From positions 24,056,001 through 24,120,000 of the forward strand of contig OZ024746.1 in assembly GCA_964016885.1 (NCBI GenBank): a DNA stretch of 64,000 bases. Reading direction: 5' to 3'. Position numbers and translations under genes: made by a program. Below the pieces are notes generated by a model. That model saw nothing but the letters and a program-made list of their open reading frames with translations. It made no database searches and was not told the DNA's origin. Each line of letters begins with the position of its first letter. The first letter of the stretch is position 1. The stretch is from Eledone cirrhosa. Lineage: Eukaryota. Below are positions 13,190 to 27,600 of the stretch, one piece after another.

Positions 13190-16100
13190 GAGAGAGGGTG
13201 AGAGCGAGAGAGAGTGGGATGAGAGGGTGGAGTGAAACAGAAAGAGAGAGAGATAAGGAGAGAAAGTGAGAATCCATAGAATATCGACTGGTTTTCATTT
13301 TTATTTAGAGTTGATTTGAATCAATAGAAACATGGTGAAGATCAAACAGATTCTACAACGTAGGACATTGTATGGCTTTGGTAAACTGATTGAGTTGAAT
13401 ATATTGGGATAGGAAGATCTTTAATTCTGCCATCGCCCTCACCATCAACACCACTACTAATCACCACCATTACCATCTCTGTCAGCACTACTATAACCAC
13501 CACCTTCATTATCACCATCCCTCTCATCATCACTGTCATCCACCATCACCACCAACCTAAGATCACTAACATCATCTCCATCACCAACACCATCCCCATC
13601 ACCCCCACGTTCATTATCATCACCACCATCCACACCATTTTATGTCCACATTTCAATGCTTGCATAAGTAAGAAGACATTCTCTATCATCGCTTCTTTCC
13701 ACTTGTTCAACACTGAGAAATCAGCTTGCACTACCTTCATCTAGGTCTGCCTCAGTTTTCCTCTTCTGCAGTTTCCTTCCACTCAGATCTCTTGGCACGT
13801 CTTCACAAAAGACCCAGAACAAATATCACAATGGCATTTTATCCAACACTCTACCAATTCTGCCAATCCACCACCTTTCACACATTACTAAGACTTAGAA
13901 GCTCCCGCATTTTGAGACGCATGAGGCAGCCAAAGTGCTCCAATAACCATGATCAGGTTGACGAGTTTTAGGTCTCTGTTGATTGTCTATTGCCAGTTCA
14001 TCTTGGGACATCCTCTACCTCTTTCCATGGGAGTTACCAATACAAGACCTGATTAGCAGATTAATACTACTAGACCTTGTCATATCACTGAAAACTGCAT
14101 TTTGGGATTTACTCAGGCAGGACACTAGTCTGTCACCAAGTACTCCCCAGTTGCTGCTGGTACTCATTCTTTTAGCTGACACATGATATAAAATGCTTGT
14201 TCAAAGAAATAACATTTTGCCCAGCCCAGGAATCGAAACAGTGAACTTAAAATCATGAGACCAACCATTTTAACTACTAGGACACACACCTTCACTTCAG
14301 CATGTTAGTTCACCAGTTAACTAATACACCTATATTTCAACACCATACCACTCCAAAACACTATACTACATAACAACATCATACCACATAAAAAAAAGAA
14401 CTTTAACTCATCCATTACCATATTTCTAATAAAACACACTACCTATGATTTTCAATAAACTTTTTTTAATAATCAAGAATACAATTGCAATTACAAGCAG
14501 CTGAGGTGGAGTTCCTCTGAAGGGTCTTTGGACTAATATTACTTGATAGAGTGTGTTTGGGACACAATGTAACAAAGTTTCTTGTACAAAATTATAGTTG
14601 AAGCATTTTAGTTATCTAAGCTTCAACCATAATATAAACATTTAAAAGTTTTTTCCTTATAGTGGCTGATAGCAACTTCTTTTTTCACCTCTTACGGTCT
14701 TCACTCTATTTTATAACCTATTACATAGCATCTCTGCATATGAGCACACCATTCTTTACATTAAATTTGATTTTAATTGTAGAACCATGTGTAGTTTCAG
14801 GCAATTTGATATGAAAAAGTTAAGATGTTTGCAACATATATTAAAGAAAGATTCTTACATGTAGTTATAATGGGATGGTTTTAGATAAATATAAACATTC
14901 TAAAATAAACAGTTTTCTATTGTAGAAGCAGAGATGGCTTCAGGCAGTTTGCATCAAAAGGGTTAAATCTTCGACTAAATAAAAAGTATTTGTCAAAAAG
15001 CTTACCGTGCAATCATGCAGAACAAAACCAAATAAACACAGAATTCCAACAATCCTCCAAAAAATAGATTGAGATATTTGTTTCCAACAAGGTCTGAGAT
15101 CTTTAGTGAAATACCATAGTAACCAAGAGCTGCAGTAAACCTGATGAGGGGAAAAAAGGAAACAGGTTCAATCTCATGTTAAGAAATACTCTTAAAGTCT
15201 AAAGTCTATATCCAGCCTATAAAGTCTATATCCTGGTTCTTGGTGTTAAGCAATTGAGGGTATAAGACTTTCCCCTGAACAAGATGCCAGTCCATCATAG
15301 AGTTAAACCCCCAGCTACAGCTGGTACTCATTTTCAGCTGAGTATACAGGAGCAACGTGAAATGAAGTGTTTTGCTCGAGAACACAACACACAACCTGGT
15401 CCTTGAATCAAACCCACAACATTATGATCATAAGTCCAAAACATTACTCACTAGACAATGCACATTCTAAATTGATCCTCAAGTTGAGCTGAATCATCAT
15501 CATTATCATCATATCACGATTTTACATCTGCTTTTCCATACTTGCATGGGTTTAGACAGATCCTTTTCAGCACTGCATCTTTCCACTTGTCGCGATCCTT
15601 TGTCATCTCTACCGTGCACTTCAGCAATTTGAGATCAGTTCTCACCACGTCAGCCCAGGTCTTCTTTGGTATTCCTCTGCTGTAGCTTACTTCCACTGGG
15701 ATTTCCTGGCACATAGTTATTTAAGATTCTTAAATCATAATTCAACCATAATATTTTAAAATAAAGTTTTTTTCCCTCATAGTAGCTGATGGCAACTTTT
15801 TTTCCTGTCTTTATGGGCCTTCACCCTATTTTATAGCATCTCTGCACATGAGGGCACCATTATTTATATTTTAGGTTTTTTTAATTGTAGAACCAGAATT
15901 ACTGACCTATCAGATGGGCTGAGGGCCTGCAAGTTGCTTACATACATTCCGGTGCTGTATCAAGAGCATTATACCTTGCCTTATGGCATTGCAAGTTTCG
16001 CCATTTTTGAAATTAGTGTTTATTCTTAATATTATAATGGCAAAAATAAACATTGTGTTATTTTAATTGCCTTATCTTTATATCGGTCTGCCAAAAATAT

Positions 16101-19100
16101 TAAACCATGAAAAACACTAACAAAAACAATAAAAACATATAAAATCACATTTAAATAAATGCTAAAATTCCACTATAGTGGAATACAGCATAAATTAATC
16201 TAGAGAATACCTATTAGAAGTCTATGGAGGAGGGGGTGGGAACATTTGTCAATTTTCAGCTATATGCCCAAAGTGCAACATAGTAGAATTGAACTTGAAA
16301 TTATGTAGTTGTGAAGTGAACATCTTAACAGATTTCCTTGACAATAAATAAGTAAATGAGGATGATACACTTACCAAAGAAAGAACATAATAACGCTAAT
16401 TTTTCTAATGTTTGGCTTGGAGAAGATGTCTACAAAACCATACTGTCGTGTCATCTGGGCAGGATCATCTGCTGACATTTCTTCTTTTACACGATCAAAT
16501 AGTTCCCTTGGAAACTCTAAACTGTTTGCTATCGACATTCGTTTGGCAACAAGTTCTGCTTCGGGAAATCTCCCTCGTAGTAGAAGCCACCGCAAGGATT
16601 CAGGAATTATGCTGAAAAAAAAGAAAAAAAATCATTAACATTAAGATATGATGTTGAGTCCCATGGGCTATGCTGTCAACTTTTTTCCATCCAATTTGCT
16701 AGACTATTTTTCATAGTAGAAAATACGTGCATTGAAGCTTCTATTTCTAGGTTAATTTTAAATAACTACATATCTGCTCATTAACATCAAGATTTGAAAA
16801 ATTTTTAAGATTTGAAAAATTTTGGAAATTTAATTTTTCACATTATGTAATGATTTAGTAGAAAATGTCTTAAATGTTTATAGCATATATATCATCAGTG
16901 AATTGGCAGTATCGGTAGAGGGTTGGACGCCATGCTTTCCAGCATAGTTACGTCCCTTTACGATCTGAGTTCAAATCCCGCCGAGGTTGACTTTAACATC
17001 CTTACGGGGTCGATAAAATAAAGTACCAGTAATGCACTGGGTAATTGCTGGCCTTGTGCCTAAAGTAGAAACAATTATTATTTAACATCTGCTTTCCCTA
17101 CTAGCAAGGGTTAGTGGGTCCCCACAGACCAAGTCAGTACTGAAGAAGGGCTACTGACCTCCCAGACAAGCTTGGGTTCTGCATCTCGCTTACAGTAATT
17201 GTTAATCCAAATATTTATAGTATGTTTACTAGTAGACTGGTTATTGAGAAACTTTGCAGTATAAAAGTAAGGACATTGATTGTTTAATGTAATAACATCA
17301 TTTATAATAAAAATAGTGTTGTGTATGCATGGTTTTTAATTATAGAATTTTAAAAAAAGGTGCACTAAAACAATATGATAAAAGAATATAAACAAAGTAT
17401 TGTTTTGTAAAAATGTCTTGCTAATGTGGTTTTGTGCAGTACAAGTCATTAAGAGTTAAGCCAGATATATTAGAATTGAAGATAAAAACAATTTTTTATT
17501 ATTTTTTTTTACTTAAATCAGTTAATTGACAATTAAACAAGGATTGGTTTAAAGACCACTTATGTATATTTAACAAAAAGTGCTTGGTCTTGCCTAGCTA
17601 CCATTGTCACCTATATATGTCCACACATAGTTTAAATATAGAATTGTTTTTTTTCTCATATTTACTAATAATTATGATATGTAATGATAATATTTATCAT
17701 AACATGATACTACATAAATACAGAGCTGGTTCTACCATTAAAGCCAACCAGGTAGGGCACAGACCTCACAGATGCACATTACTGAACCTTAAACGATCAT
17801 AGTTTTATACAAATTTGTATAGTTAATTTAAATATATAATAATTTCCTGCGATCAATACATAAATCACAAAATATGTTTGCCGTACCGTAGCATTGTCGA
17901 AAAAGTTGTATGGTGTTATGACCTGAGAGCAAACGTTAGAATGTCCAGTGGAATCATGTCCTCCCATAGACCCAAGAAGGTAAAAAATGAGCAGGTCACA
18001 AGAGAAGGCCATGGTCATTCCTTTCTTCAACTTCCAGGGGCTAATTCATTTTAAATGGGTCCTTGAGGGTCAAATTGTTAATAAAGAGTATTTACTTTGA
18101 TGTTCTGAAGAGATTCAGAGAGAGGATGAGGAAGAAGAGGCCACAGCAATGGATCAATGGAGAGTGGTGGTTCCACCAGGACAATAACCCATGCCACAAG
18201 TCAATGCTGGTGACCACCTAGATGACCAACAGGGGAATGAAAGTGGTACCACACCCTTCTTACAGCCCTAACCTGGTTCCTTGTGACTTCTTCCTGTTCC
18301 CACACATGAAAGACAGCCTCAAGGGAAACAGATTTGAGTCAATACAAGAGCTGAAGGAGGTATCAGGGAATTTCCTAATGGGGACCTCAGAAGAAGGACT
18401 GGGAGGAGGTCTTCCAGGAGTGAGGAAGGCACCTGTGCAAGTGTATAGATGTGAGAGGTCATTACTCATTACTTATTGAAGAGTGTTTATTTATGTTCTA
18501 TAACATAATGGTTCAACGAAAGATATTGATAAAATAACTACCAGACTTGGAAAAAAATAATAAGTAGTGGGGTTGATATGATTAAAGCAATGCTCCAGCA
18601 TGGCCACAGTCTAATGACTGACACCAGTAAAAGAATAAATATATATATATGCTCAACCCCCCCCCCCCCCATTAATAATATAACTTTTATCTGGTCTACA
18701 CCAATTTACTGGTAAGACTAATTCAATATAGATTTAAAGTGACAGATAAGTGAAATAAGCATTATGTTACCATAGAAACAAAGTGGAGAGAAAAGCCGAA
18801 AATAATTTGTTGCATGAAGTATGTTACCGATTCTTAGTAAAACTACATTAGCTTCCTTCCTACAGCCTCATTATAATAAAACACCTATTGTTATTATAGC
18901 ATTTATTAGGAAGGATAATATGATCTTATATGGGTACAGCTATGGTTGCATACTTAAGAAATTCATTTCCTAACCACATGGTTTTGAGTTCAGTCCCACA
19001 GTCTGGCACCTTGTACATGTGTCTTTTACTATAACATTGGATTTACCAATGCCTTGTGAGTGAAATTTGGTAGACAAAAGCTGAATGACCTTGACATATC

Positions 19101-21607
19101 CTCCCATAATTTTCATTTTCACCCCATTTTGTCACCCACATCATCCTCTTAAATTCCACCATGCTTGTCATAAGTCTACAACTCAGCTTCTCTTATTCTC
19201 ACCTCCCACCTATTGTCAAGAATCCATGATATCATACTTATCCTTCTTACTCTCATCCTGCTCTGACTCCCTAAACAGAGCTGCCATATAGTAGAGAAGG
19301 GCTCCATACCTGCTCTCCTACAGTGCTGGTGCCATGAGAAAAAGCTCCCAGTACATACTGTAAGGTGGTCATACAGGTATCACAACAAAAAAGCGCCCAG
19401 TACACCCTCTAAAGTGGTAGCTGTGGTGGTGCCACAAGAAAAGCTCCCAGTACATGTCGTAAGGTGGTTGGCATTAGGAAGGGCATTCAGCTATAAAAAC
19501 CAAGCCCCAAACAGATCTGGATGAGAAAGAACAGTCACCTGACCTGACCTGGATAACTACATAACATGACATCCTCAAAAGTTTCTAACTTCTACAGTCA
19601 TGGGGTCTCCAGAGGATAAACGATGATATTATTTCTCTTTTTTCTCTAAAACAATGGCCTGCAAACTGAACCTGCTTAGCTTTCACCAATGAAGAAACAG
19701 GACACAAGTTGCCAAACATTAGCTGTTTGGTTGGATGTTGTCTCCAGGAGATATTTTTTGTTCACTTTAAAAGTATTGTGTATGTGCTTTCTAATCTTTT
19801 CTGTAACTTTGCTGTCATTATCCAGGTTTCAGAGTCATACAGGATTATCGATGCAACTGTGGCCCTGAAGATTTGTAGTTTTAGTTCAACACATATCTTG
19901 TGAATGTGTCATCTTATCTTTTCTGTAACTTTATTTGCATTGTCCAGGTTTCAGAGCTGACTGTGGCCCTGAAAATTTGTACTTTTAGTTCATCATTTAA
20001 ATTAGGTTTCCATATGTTGCACATGTCACCTGAGGTAGCCCATGCTATGGTCTTTCTGACATTAAAGTGAAAACAAATGGATTAATGAGAAAGCATGCAG
20101 CAAAATGGAGAAATGAAAATGGTCTTAAAATGCTTGTTATTGTTGTTGAATTAATTTTCTTAGATATTCTGCTGCCAACTGGCCAATCGTTGCTTCCCAG
20201 CAGCTCAAAGGAAGTAAGTGACAGAATACATCTATTGACACAACTACTGGATGTTTAGATTCCATTGTCAAACATATCCTGCTATGGCTTCCATATCAAT
20301 GTTTTAAATCCTGATTAACTAATACAGGAAGCCATTCTTAAGAGTATAAGAAGGTTATGGTTATCAGGTATAGAGATGTTGGATCTTCTAAAACATTGTT
20401 CTTCATAACAACACAATAACAATAACAAATGTTTTGAGATAATTTTGCTTGCTAAACAATGGTTATCTTTGCAGGCCCCATGCCAAGCTTTTCCATTCTG
20501 CCCTATCATCTGCAATCCCCTTATACTTGTCTTTCATTTCTTTCTCCATCATCTTTAGCCATGTCCTTCTTGGTCTTCCCCTTTCTTTACTTTTTGTTGA
20601 CAGTCCTTTCTATCACTCCTCTCACACAGTCAATTTCATCTTTCCTCGATACTTGATCCAACCATCTCATCTATTTTTTTTCAAAAAATTTATCACTGGC
20701 TCTATTTCCACCATCCTCTCATACTTTACTTTTATCATTCCTCAACATGACCCAACCATCTCATTCCATTTCTCTTCACAACATTCATCATTAGCTCTAT
20801 TCCTCTTACCTAGTCGCTTTCATACTTCCTCAACACATGACCCAACCATTTCTATTCACAACATTTATCACTGGCTCTATTCTTATTATACACAATTCAT
20901 TGTTTGTTTTTCTAGCTTTCAGAAATACTTTGCTCGCTATCATCTATCTTCTGTGAGGTAAACTGCTAATCACAAATATTTTAGCAGCCTCAATTTCATA
21001 AAGTGTAATGCCCTCATCATCACTTAGTGCCTGCTTTCCATGTTAGCAAGGGTTGGACCTATATTTAAAGACTACTAGGTGCCCCCTCCCCACACCCTCC
21101 TATAAATCTCTACCTTGTTACCTCTAGCCCTTGTAGATTCTTAAGTTTGCACTAAACTATAAGCATGACCTAAGTTATCTCCCTTCTCCTCTCAACCTAA
21201 AAAAAGCAGTTGCCTCTCTTTTTCACCCCTACATATAAGTGTGATGGACAGACAGAGACACAGCTCTTCTTTTATAATATAAATGATTGTCTTTGGAACT
21301 TTATAATCTGAATATATTAAAGAACATTAATTAAGCAATATACCCTGGTGTTGGTGTTTGTAATACTGAAGATTGAAATTTGAATAAATATCAGTCATTA
21401 ATTGGAAGACTCTTTATGTCAGTCACTACTGAGACCAGCAGTGTCTTTGGTCCACAGACTTCTGCTCATCTATTCCAAATTAAGTTGTGAAAGTTGAATC
21501 TGAGGAAGGAGTCTCAGAAGTTGGATTGACTGAGGCAGAATATTGCTGGCTGTTCTTCATGACAACACTTCTTCTATCATGTCTCTGTGGTGTGTAGAGA
21601 TATGATG

Positions 21608-21653
<46 letters not shown>

Positions 21654-24600
21654 TGTGTGTGTGTGTGTGTGGAGTTTGTGTGCTGTTTAGTTTTTATTTT
21701 TGCTATGTAAATCTTAAAAATAAAACGTTAATAAACAGTGCAAAGACATTTTGACAACAAGAAATCAATGATAAATGCAAAGTGAAGTTGACAGTCTTGT
21801 GTGAGTGTTTTTTAATGGCTAATAACTCTTCCATGATGTAATTGGCCAGAAAAGAACAACAAAAGAACCAATGATATTGATGATAACAACAACAATAACA
21901 AAAAAACAATGTCAAATCAAAAGGACAACCAAGACACTTCAAAATAACAGAAAAAAGTGGCCAAGGTACTTACAAAATATATGGGATGGCTAGAAGACTT
22001 GGTAAACTGATAGCCATTTGGAGATGGCGCCAATTCCTCAGAAAGTATCCAAACCCTGCCAAGGACATAACAACTACACCAACCATTATAGCAACAAAGA
22101 TTCCAGCTCTGGCTCTATACTTTGATAGGTAAAGTTCCATTGTCATCACAAAGGTTGTTGTTTGAAGACCCTAGATTAAACAAAATGATTAATATATTAA
22201 TTAGGATGTTATAGAAGTATGATTTATACAGCATAAAGTATGTTGACTAGAGAAGGCAGATGAAACTCAGCAACAGTAACTATTGGAAGATGTGCATGGA
22301 AGAAGTTTTGGTGAGTGAGTGGTGTGCTAATGAGGAGAGGAGTTCCACTGAGATGGAAGGGAAAAGCAGATGCTTCATATGTGAGAAGTGCCATGATTTA
22401 TGGGAGAGAGACATGAATGAAGAATATTGTGAAGAAAAATGGAATGAGAAGGTTGAGTCATGTGTTGAGGAAGGATGAAGGTAACTGCAAAGTGAAATTC
22501 TTAACTACAGTATTGTTTGCAGCTCCATATATATATGAAGAGGAGCTGGTTGTCAGATTAAATCAAGGAAACAAGATTTCCATAGTTCTTTGCATTACTG
22601 ATATGATCTGCCACTCTTGGCAGGAGTAACACAAAAAACAAGATGTTTTGTTCAAGAACACAATGTACTGCCTGGTTCATGAATAAAACCCATGACTTTA
22701 AGATTGTGAGTTCAGCATCTTAACCACTAGGACACCCACATTGATGGTATAAATAAATGTAAAATATAATATTTAAATAACAACAAAATGTAAACCATTA
22801 GATTTATCATAAATTTAATCTTCGTTTCTCTTTGTTTGAATAAATTTTTCCCACCACCACTTTAATTTTGGAGGAGAGCAAACAACATCTCCTATTCAAT
22901 AGCAAAGATGTCATTTCTGCCATATATATAGCTTCCCTGATAATTATAACAGAAACATTTTAAATATTATTAGCAAATATAATCAATTAAATAAATCCCA
23001 AAACAACAAAAAATACAAAACAAAAACAAACAATAAAAACACAAAGCAACACCAATGCTAAAATAAAATAAAATAAAATAATACTATAATATATTAAGTA
23101 GAAGATGTGGAAATATCAAGTGAAATCAAGCAGTTTGGTAAAGTTCAATTAAATGCCATAGTACGCTGTGATTTGGTAACAATTAGAATCTTAGATTGTT
23201 TTGTTTTGTTTGTTTTGTTAGTTTGTTGGTTATATTTCTTTATTCACTGCAATCCATCAATTGAACTCCTAGTCTACGAAGCATGAACAAACAGTTTCGG
23301 ATTAACAAATGTTATCAGTCAATCTTTTTGGGGCCTTTTTTTAAATTTTATTTATTATTCCTTAATCTATTTTAATTATATTTTTATTTTATTAAAATAC
23401 AGCTTCTCCTGCTACTGCACTTGAAATGATTGCAATATATGGTGTTGAATAGGAATTAGCAGGGATACAGGATGTACATGGAGGAAGAACTGTTACTATT
23501 GTACTTGGGTAAAGAGAGAGAGAAGAAGAAAATAGATAGAGGAGAGAGAGAGAGAGAGAGAGATCCAAGTATAATGTCCATTCTGCACTTGACTGAATGA
23601 GAAAAGTTCGAAAGTTGCAGACAAAAAATGTTTTGTCTGAAATATTTTAACTTCCAGTAACTGAAGACACAAGTATGATGTTACTGCCATGAGCTATGAG
23701 CAGTTTTGTGCATGTGTGTGTATTGTATGTGTTGGACCTCCGTCATTTCTGATGATGAGTGCTCTAATTGATTCAATCAACAGAATTACCTGCTTGTGAA
23801 AATAAAGTGGAAGTGGCTGTACATTCCACAAGGAGAATCATTATGTCCTGATGTGTGACAAGGCTTGACTTAAAGATACAACTTACCTTTGCAAGCTGAA
23901 TGGATTGTAGCAACATGAAATAAAGCATCTTGCTCAAGGACTCAATGCCTGGTCCCGTAATTGAACTCAAGACTTTATGGTCATGAACCAAATACCTTAA
24001 CCACTAAGCCTTCACTATATATATGAAAGAAAGTATAAACCTGACCAAAATACCAAGCAGTTTTGGCTTGTATGTAGGAAGCTTGCTACATACAAGCCCA
24101 AACCATTAGGTGTCGCAGTTGGGTTTATACCTTCCATTATACCCACTCTGCTTTTTCTCATGCATTGAGTACTACCTTGATTTGTGGTCCCCCAGTTTCA
24201 GCACTGCATACTTTCATTATATATATATATATAAGGTCGGTGGATTGGCAGTATCGGTAGAAGGTCGGACTCCATGCTTTGACGCATAGAGTTACGGCCC
24301 TTGCCATTCTGAGTTCAAATCCCGCCGCTTACGGGGTCGATAAAATAAAGTACCAGTAATGCACTGGGTAATTGCTGGCCTTGTGCCAAAAGTAGAAACA
24401 ATTATATATATATATATATATATGTATGTATATATGTATGTATGTGTGTATATGTGTGTATGTGTGTGTCATCATTTGTCTTCATTTCCCCTAATAGAAA
24501 ACATCTGTATATGTGTGGGCGTGTCCATGTCTGTATTTATGTCCTGCAACTTAGTAGTTTGACAAAAAGAGATAGATGAGAAAAAGGACCCAGCTTGAAA

Positions 24601-27600
24601 AGAAAGTACCAGAGTTGATATGATTGATTAAAATTCCCTCATGGCCATACCCGAGCATAGCTGCAGTCTAATGACTGAAACCAGTTCAAAAATATTGCAA
24701 TATTCTGTGAAGAATAGCATTATTGATTGCAGGGTTTCAATGGCACAATCACTGATTTATTGTATCTCTGATGGCAGAAGTGACTCAGTGCAGAACAAGA
24801 AGGGAAGCTAACTTATTTAGATTATATCTATTAGTAGACAAGTTGGATATTCTCTGACAAATATTGTTAAGTAGGTTCTAAAAACTACATATAGGCAGCT
24901 GTAAACTATTCTTGTAGAAATATAAATCAGCAGAGTTGTTAGACAATCCAATTAAATACGTCGGTGTTTGTTCTGGTTCTCCATGTGCCGAATTCAAATC
25001 CCACAGAGGTCAACATCGTCTTTTGTCCTTTCAGGGTCAATAAGTAAAGTATCAGTTCAGGGGTAGTAGATGGGAATAATTATTAAAGAATTGAAAGAAC
25101 GGTTTTGATGCTGTGTTCTGAGTTCAAACCCCACTTGCTGTCACCAAGGAAATTGTGACACTTGTCTTCCCCAGTTAGCTGCCTTCTCTTGGGAAGTAAT
25201 TGACCTAAATGATAGAGATAGTATTCCATTTCACAGCATGCTGGTCTCTTGTGGGAAGTAATTGACCAAGAAAAGTCATCGTGAACATTCTCAAATACCA
25301 ATTTAGAAAAATATATTCACAATTTTTCATATTCCACTATAAGTAGAAATATCAATTATATATATGCAGAAATATCAATGCCTGCACTTCGAATAAATCA
25401 TATAACACCAAAGTTATCTTCCAAGTAGAAGTTGGGCATTTAACCTGCAGCCATGAAGTGGCATATAGGAATGGCAGAAGGGAAACTTAATCCTTTAGCA
25501 TTTACATAACTCTATATATACTATTGTATTTTCACAATAAACACTTTATTTCACATAATTATCTCACATAATATCGAATCTATGAGATTTTGATATTATT
25601 TGTTTTGAGAACAATATCTTAAGATCAGTATGAGTGACCAGTTATAGCCAGTTTGAACAGTAAGAGGTGAGAGAATTCTGGCCATATACAGCTGGTTTAA
25701 ATGCTAAAGGGTTAAGACACACTATAGTAACCATCTGTCTCACATAAGTAACTCATAACAAAACTCTCCAACTACATCTGGTCTTTGAAAGAAACAGTCT
25801 CTAATTACAGTATAAAATGGAAAATGCTGTGAAATCATAATTCATGCAAGAACAGTAACAAAAAAACACTGTAAATTATACATTGTCAAGAAAAGTCAAT
25901 TATTAAAATACTGAACAAAACATTTTTAATTAAAGTAGATTTTTCAATTACATGATGAAAATAAATCTTACCTGGACACATATTCCCGTTAAAAATCGTA
26001 GGACCGCAAAGATTTCATAGTGTTGGACATGTGCTGAAATAGTTCCAAGAACAATGGGAATATAAAGGCAAATTAGCATGATGGGCTTTCTACCAAATTT
26101 GTCAGCCAAGAAACCAAAAAGGGGACCTCCAACCATCACTCCAAGAAAATAAATGGTTACCACCAGTGAAGTCATGTAGGAACGGTCACATATTAAATTC
26201 CACTGAAATAGAAAGAAGAGGAGGGAAAGAAAATAAGAGAAAATTTGTGACTGAACATACATATGCAAACATACAGGAAAAACATATGGACAGATGTATG
26301 AACAGATGAAAAGACAGACTGACCAGCAGATAGATGAAGTGACAGACTGACACATGGACAGATGAAGTGACAGACTGACACATGGACAGATGAAGTGACA
26401 GACTGGTACATGGACAGATGAAGTGACAGACTGACACATGGACAGATGAAGTGACAGACTGGTACATGGACAGATGAAGTGACAGACTGACACATGGACA
26501 GATGAAGTGACAGACTGACACATGGACAGATGAAGTGACAGACTGACACATGGACAGATGAAGTGACAGACTGACACATGGACAGATGAAGTGACAGACT
26601 GGTACATGGACAGATGAAGTGACAGACTGACACATGGACAGATGAAGTGACAGACTGGTACATGGACAGATGAAATGACAGACTGGTACATGGACAGATG
26701 AAGTGACAGACTGACACATGGACAGATGAAGTGACAGACTGGTACATGGACAGATGAAGTGACAGACTGACACATGGACAGATGAAGTGACAGACTGACA
26801 CATGGACAGATGAAGTGACAGACTGACACATGGACAGATGAAGTGACAGACTGGTACATGGACAGATGAAGTGACAGATGACACATGGACAGATGAAGTG
26901 ACAGACTGGTACATGGACAGATGAAGTGACAGACTGGTACATGGACAGATGAAGTGACAGACTGACACATGGACAGATGAAGTGACAGACTGGTACATGG
27001 ACAGATGAAGTGACAGACTGACACATGGACAGATGAAGTGACAGACTGGTACATGGACAGATGAAATGACAGACTGGTACATGGACAGATGAAGTGACAG
27101 ACTGACACATGGACAGATGAAGTGACAGACTGGTACATGGACAGATGAAGTGACAGACTGGTACATGGACAGATGAAGTGACAGACTGACACATGGACAG
27201 ATGAAGTGACAGACTGACACATGGATAGATGAAGTGACAGACTGACACATGGACAGATGAAGTGACAGATGACACATGGACAGATGAAGTGACAGACTGG
27301 TACATGGACAGATGAAGTGACAGACTGGTACATGGACAGATGAAGTGACAGACTGACACATGGACAGATGAAGTGACAGACTGACACATGGACAGATGAA
27401 GTGACAGACTGGTACATGGACAGATGAAGTGACAGACTGACACATGGACAGATGAAGTGACAGACTGACACATGGACAGATGAAGTGACAGACTGGTACA
27501 TGGACAGATGAAGTGACAGACTGACACATGGACAGATGAAGTGACAGACTGACACATGGATAGATGAAGTGACAGACTGGTACATGGACAGATGAAGTGA

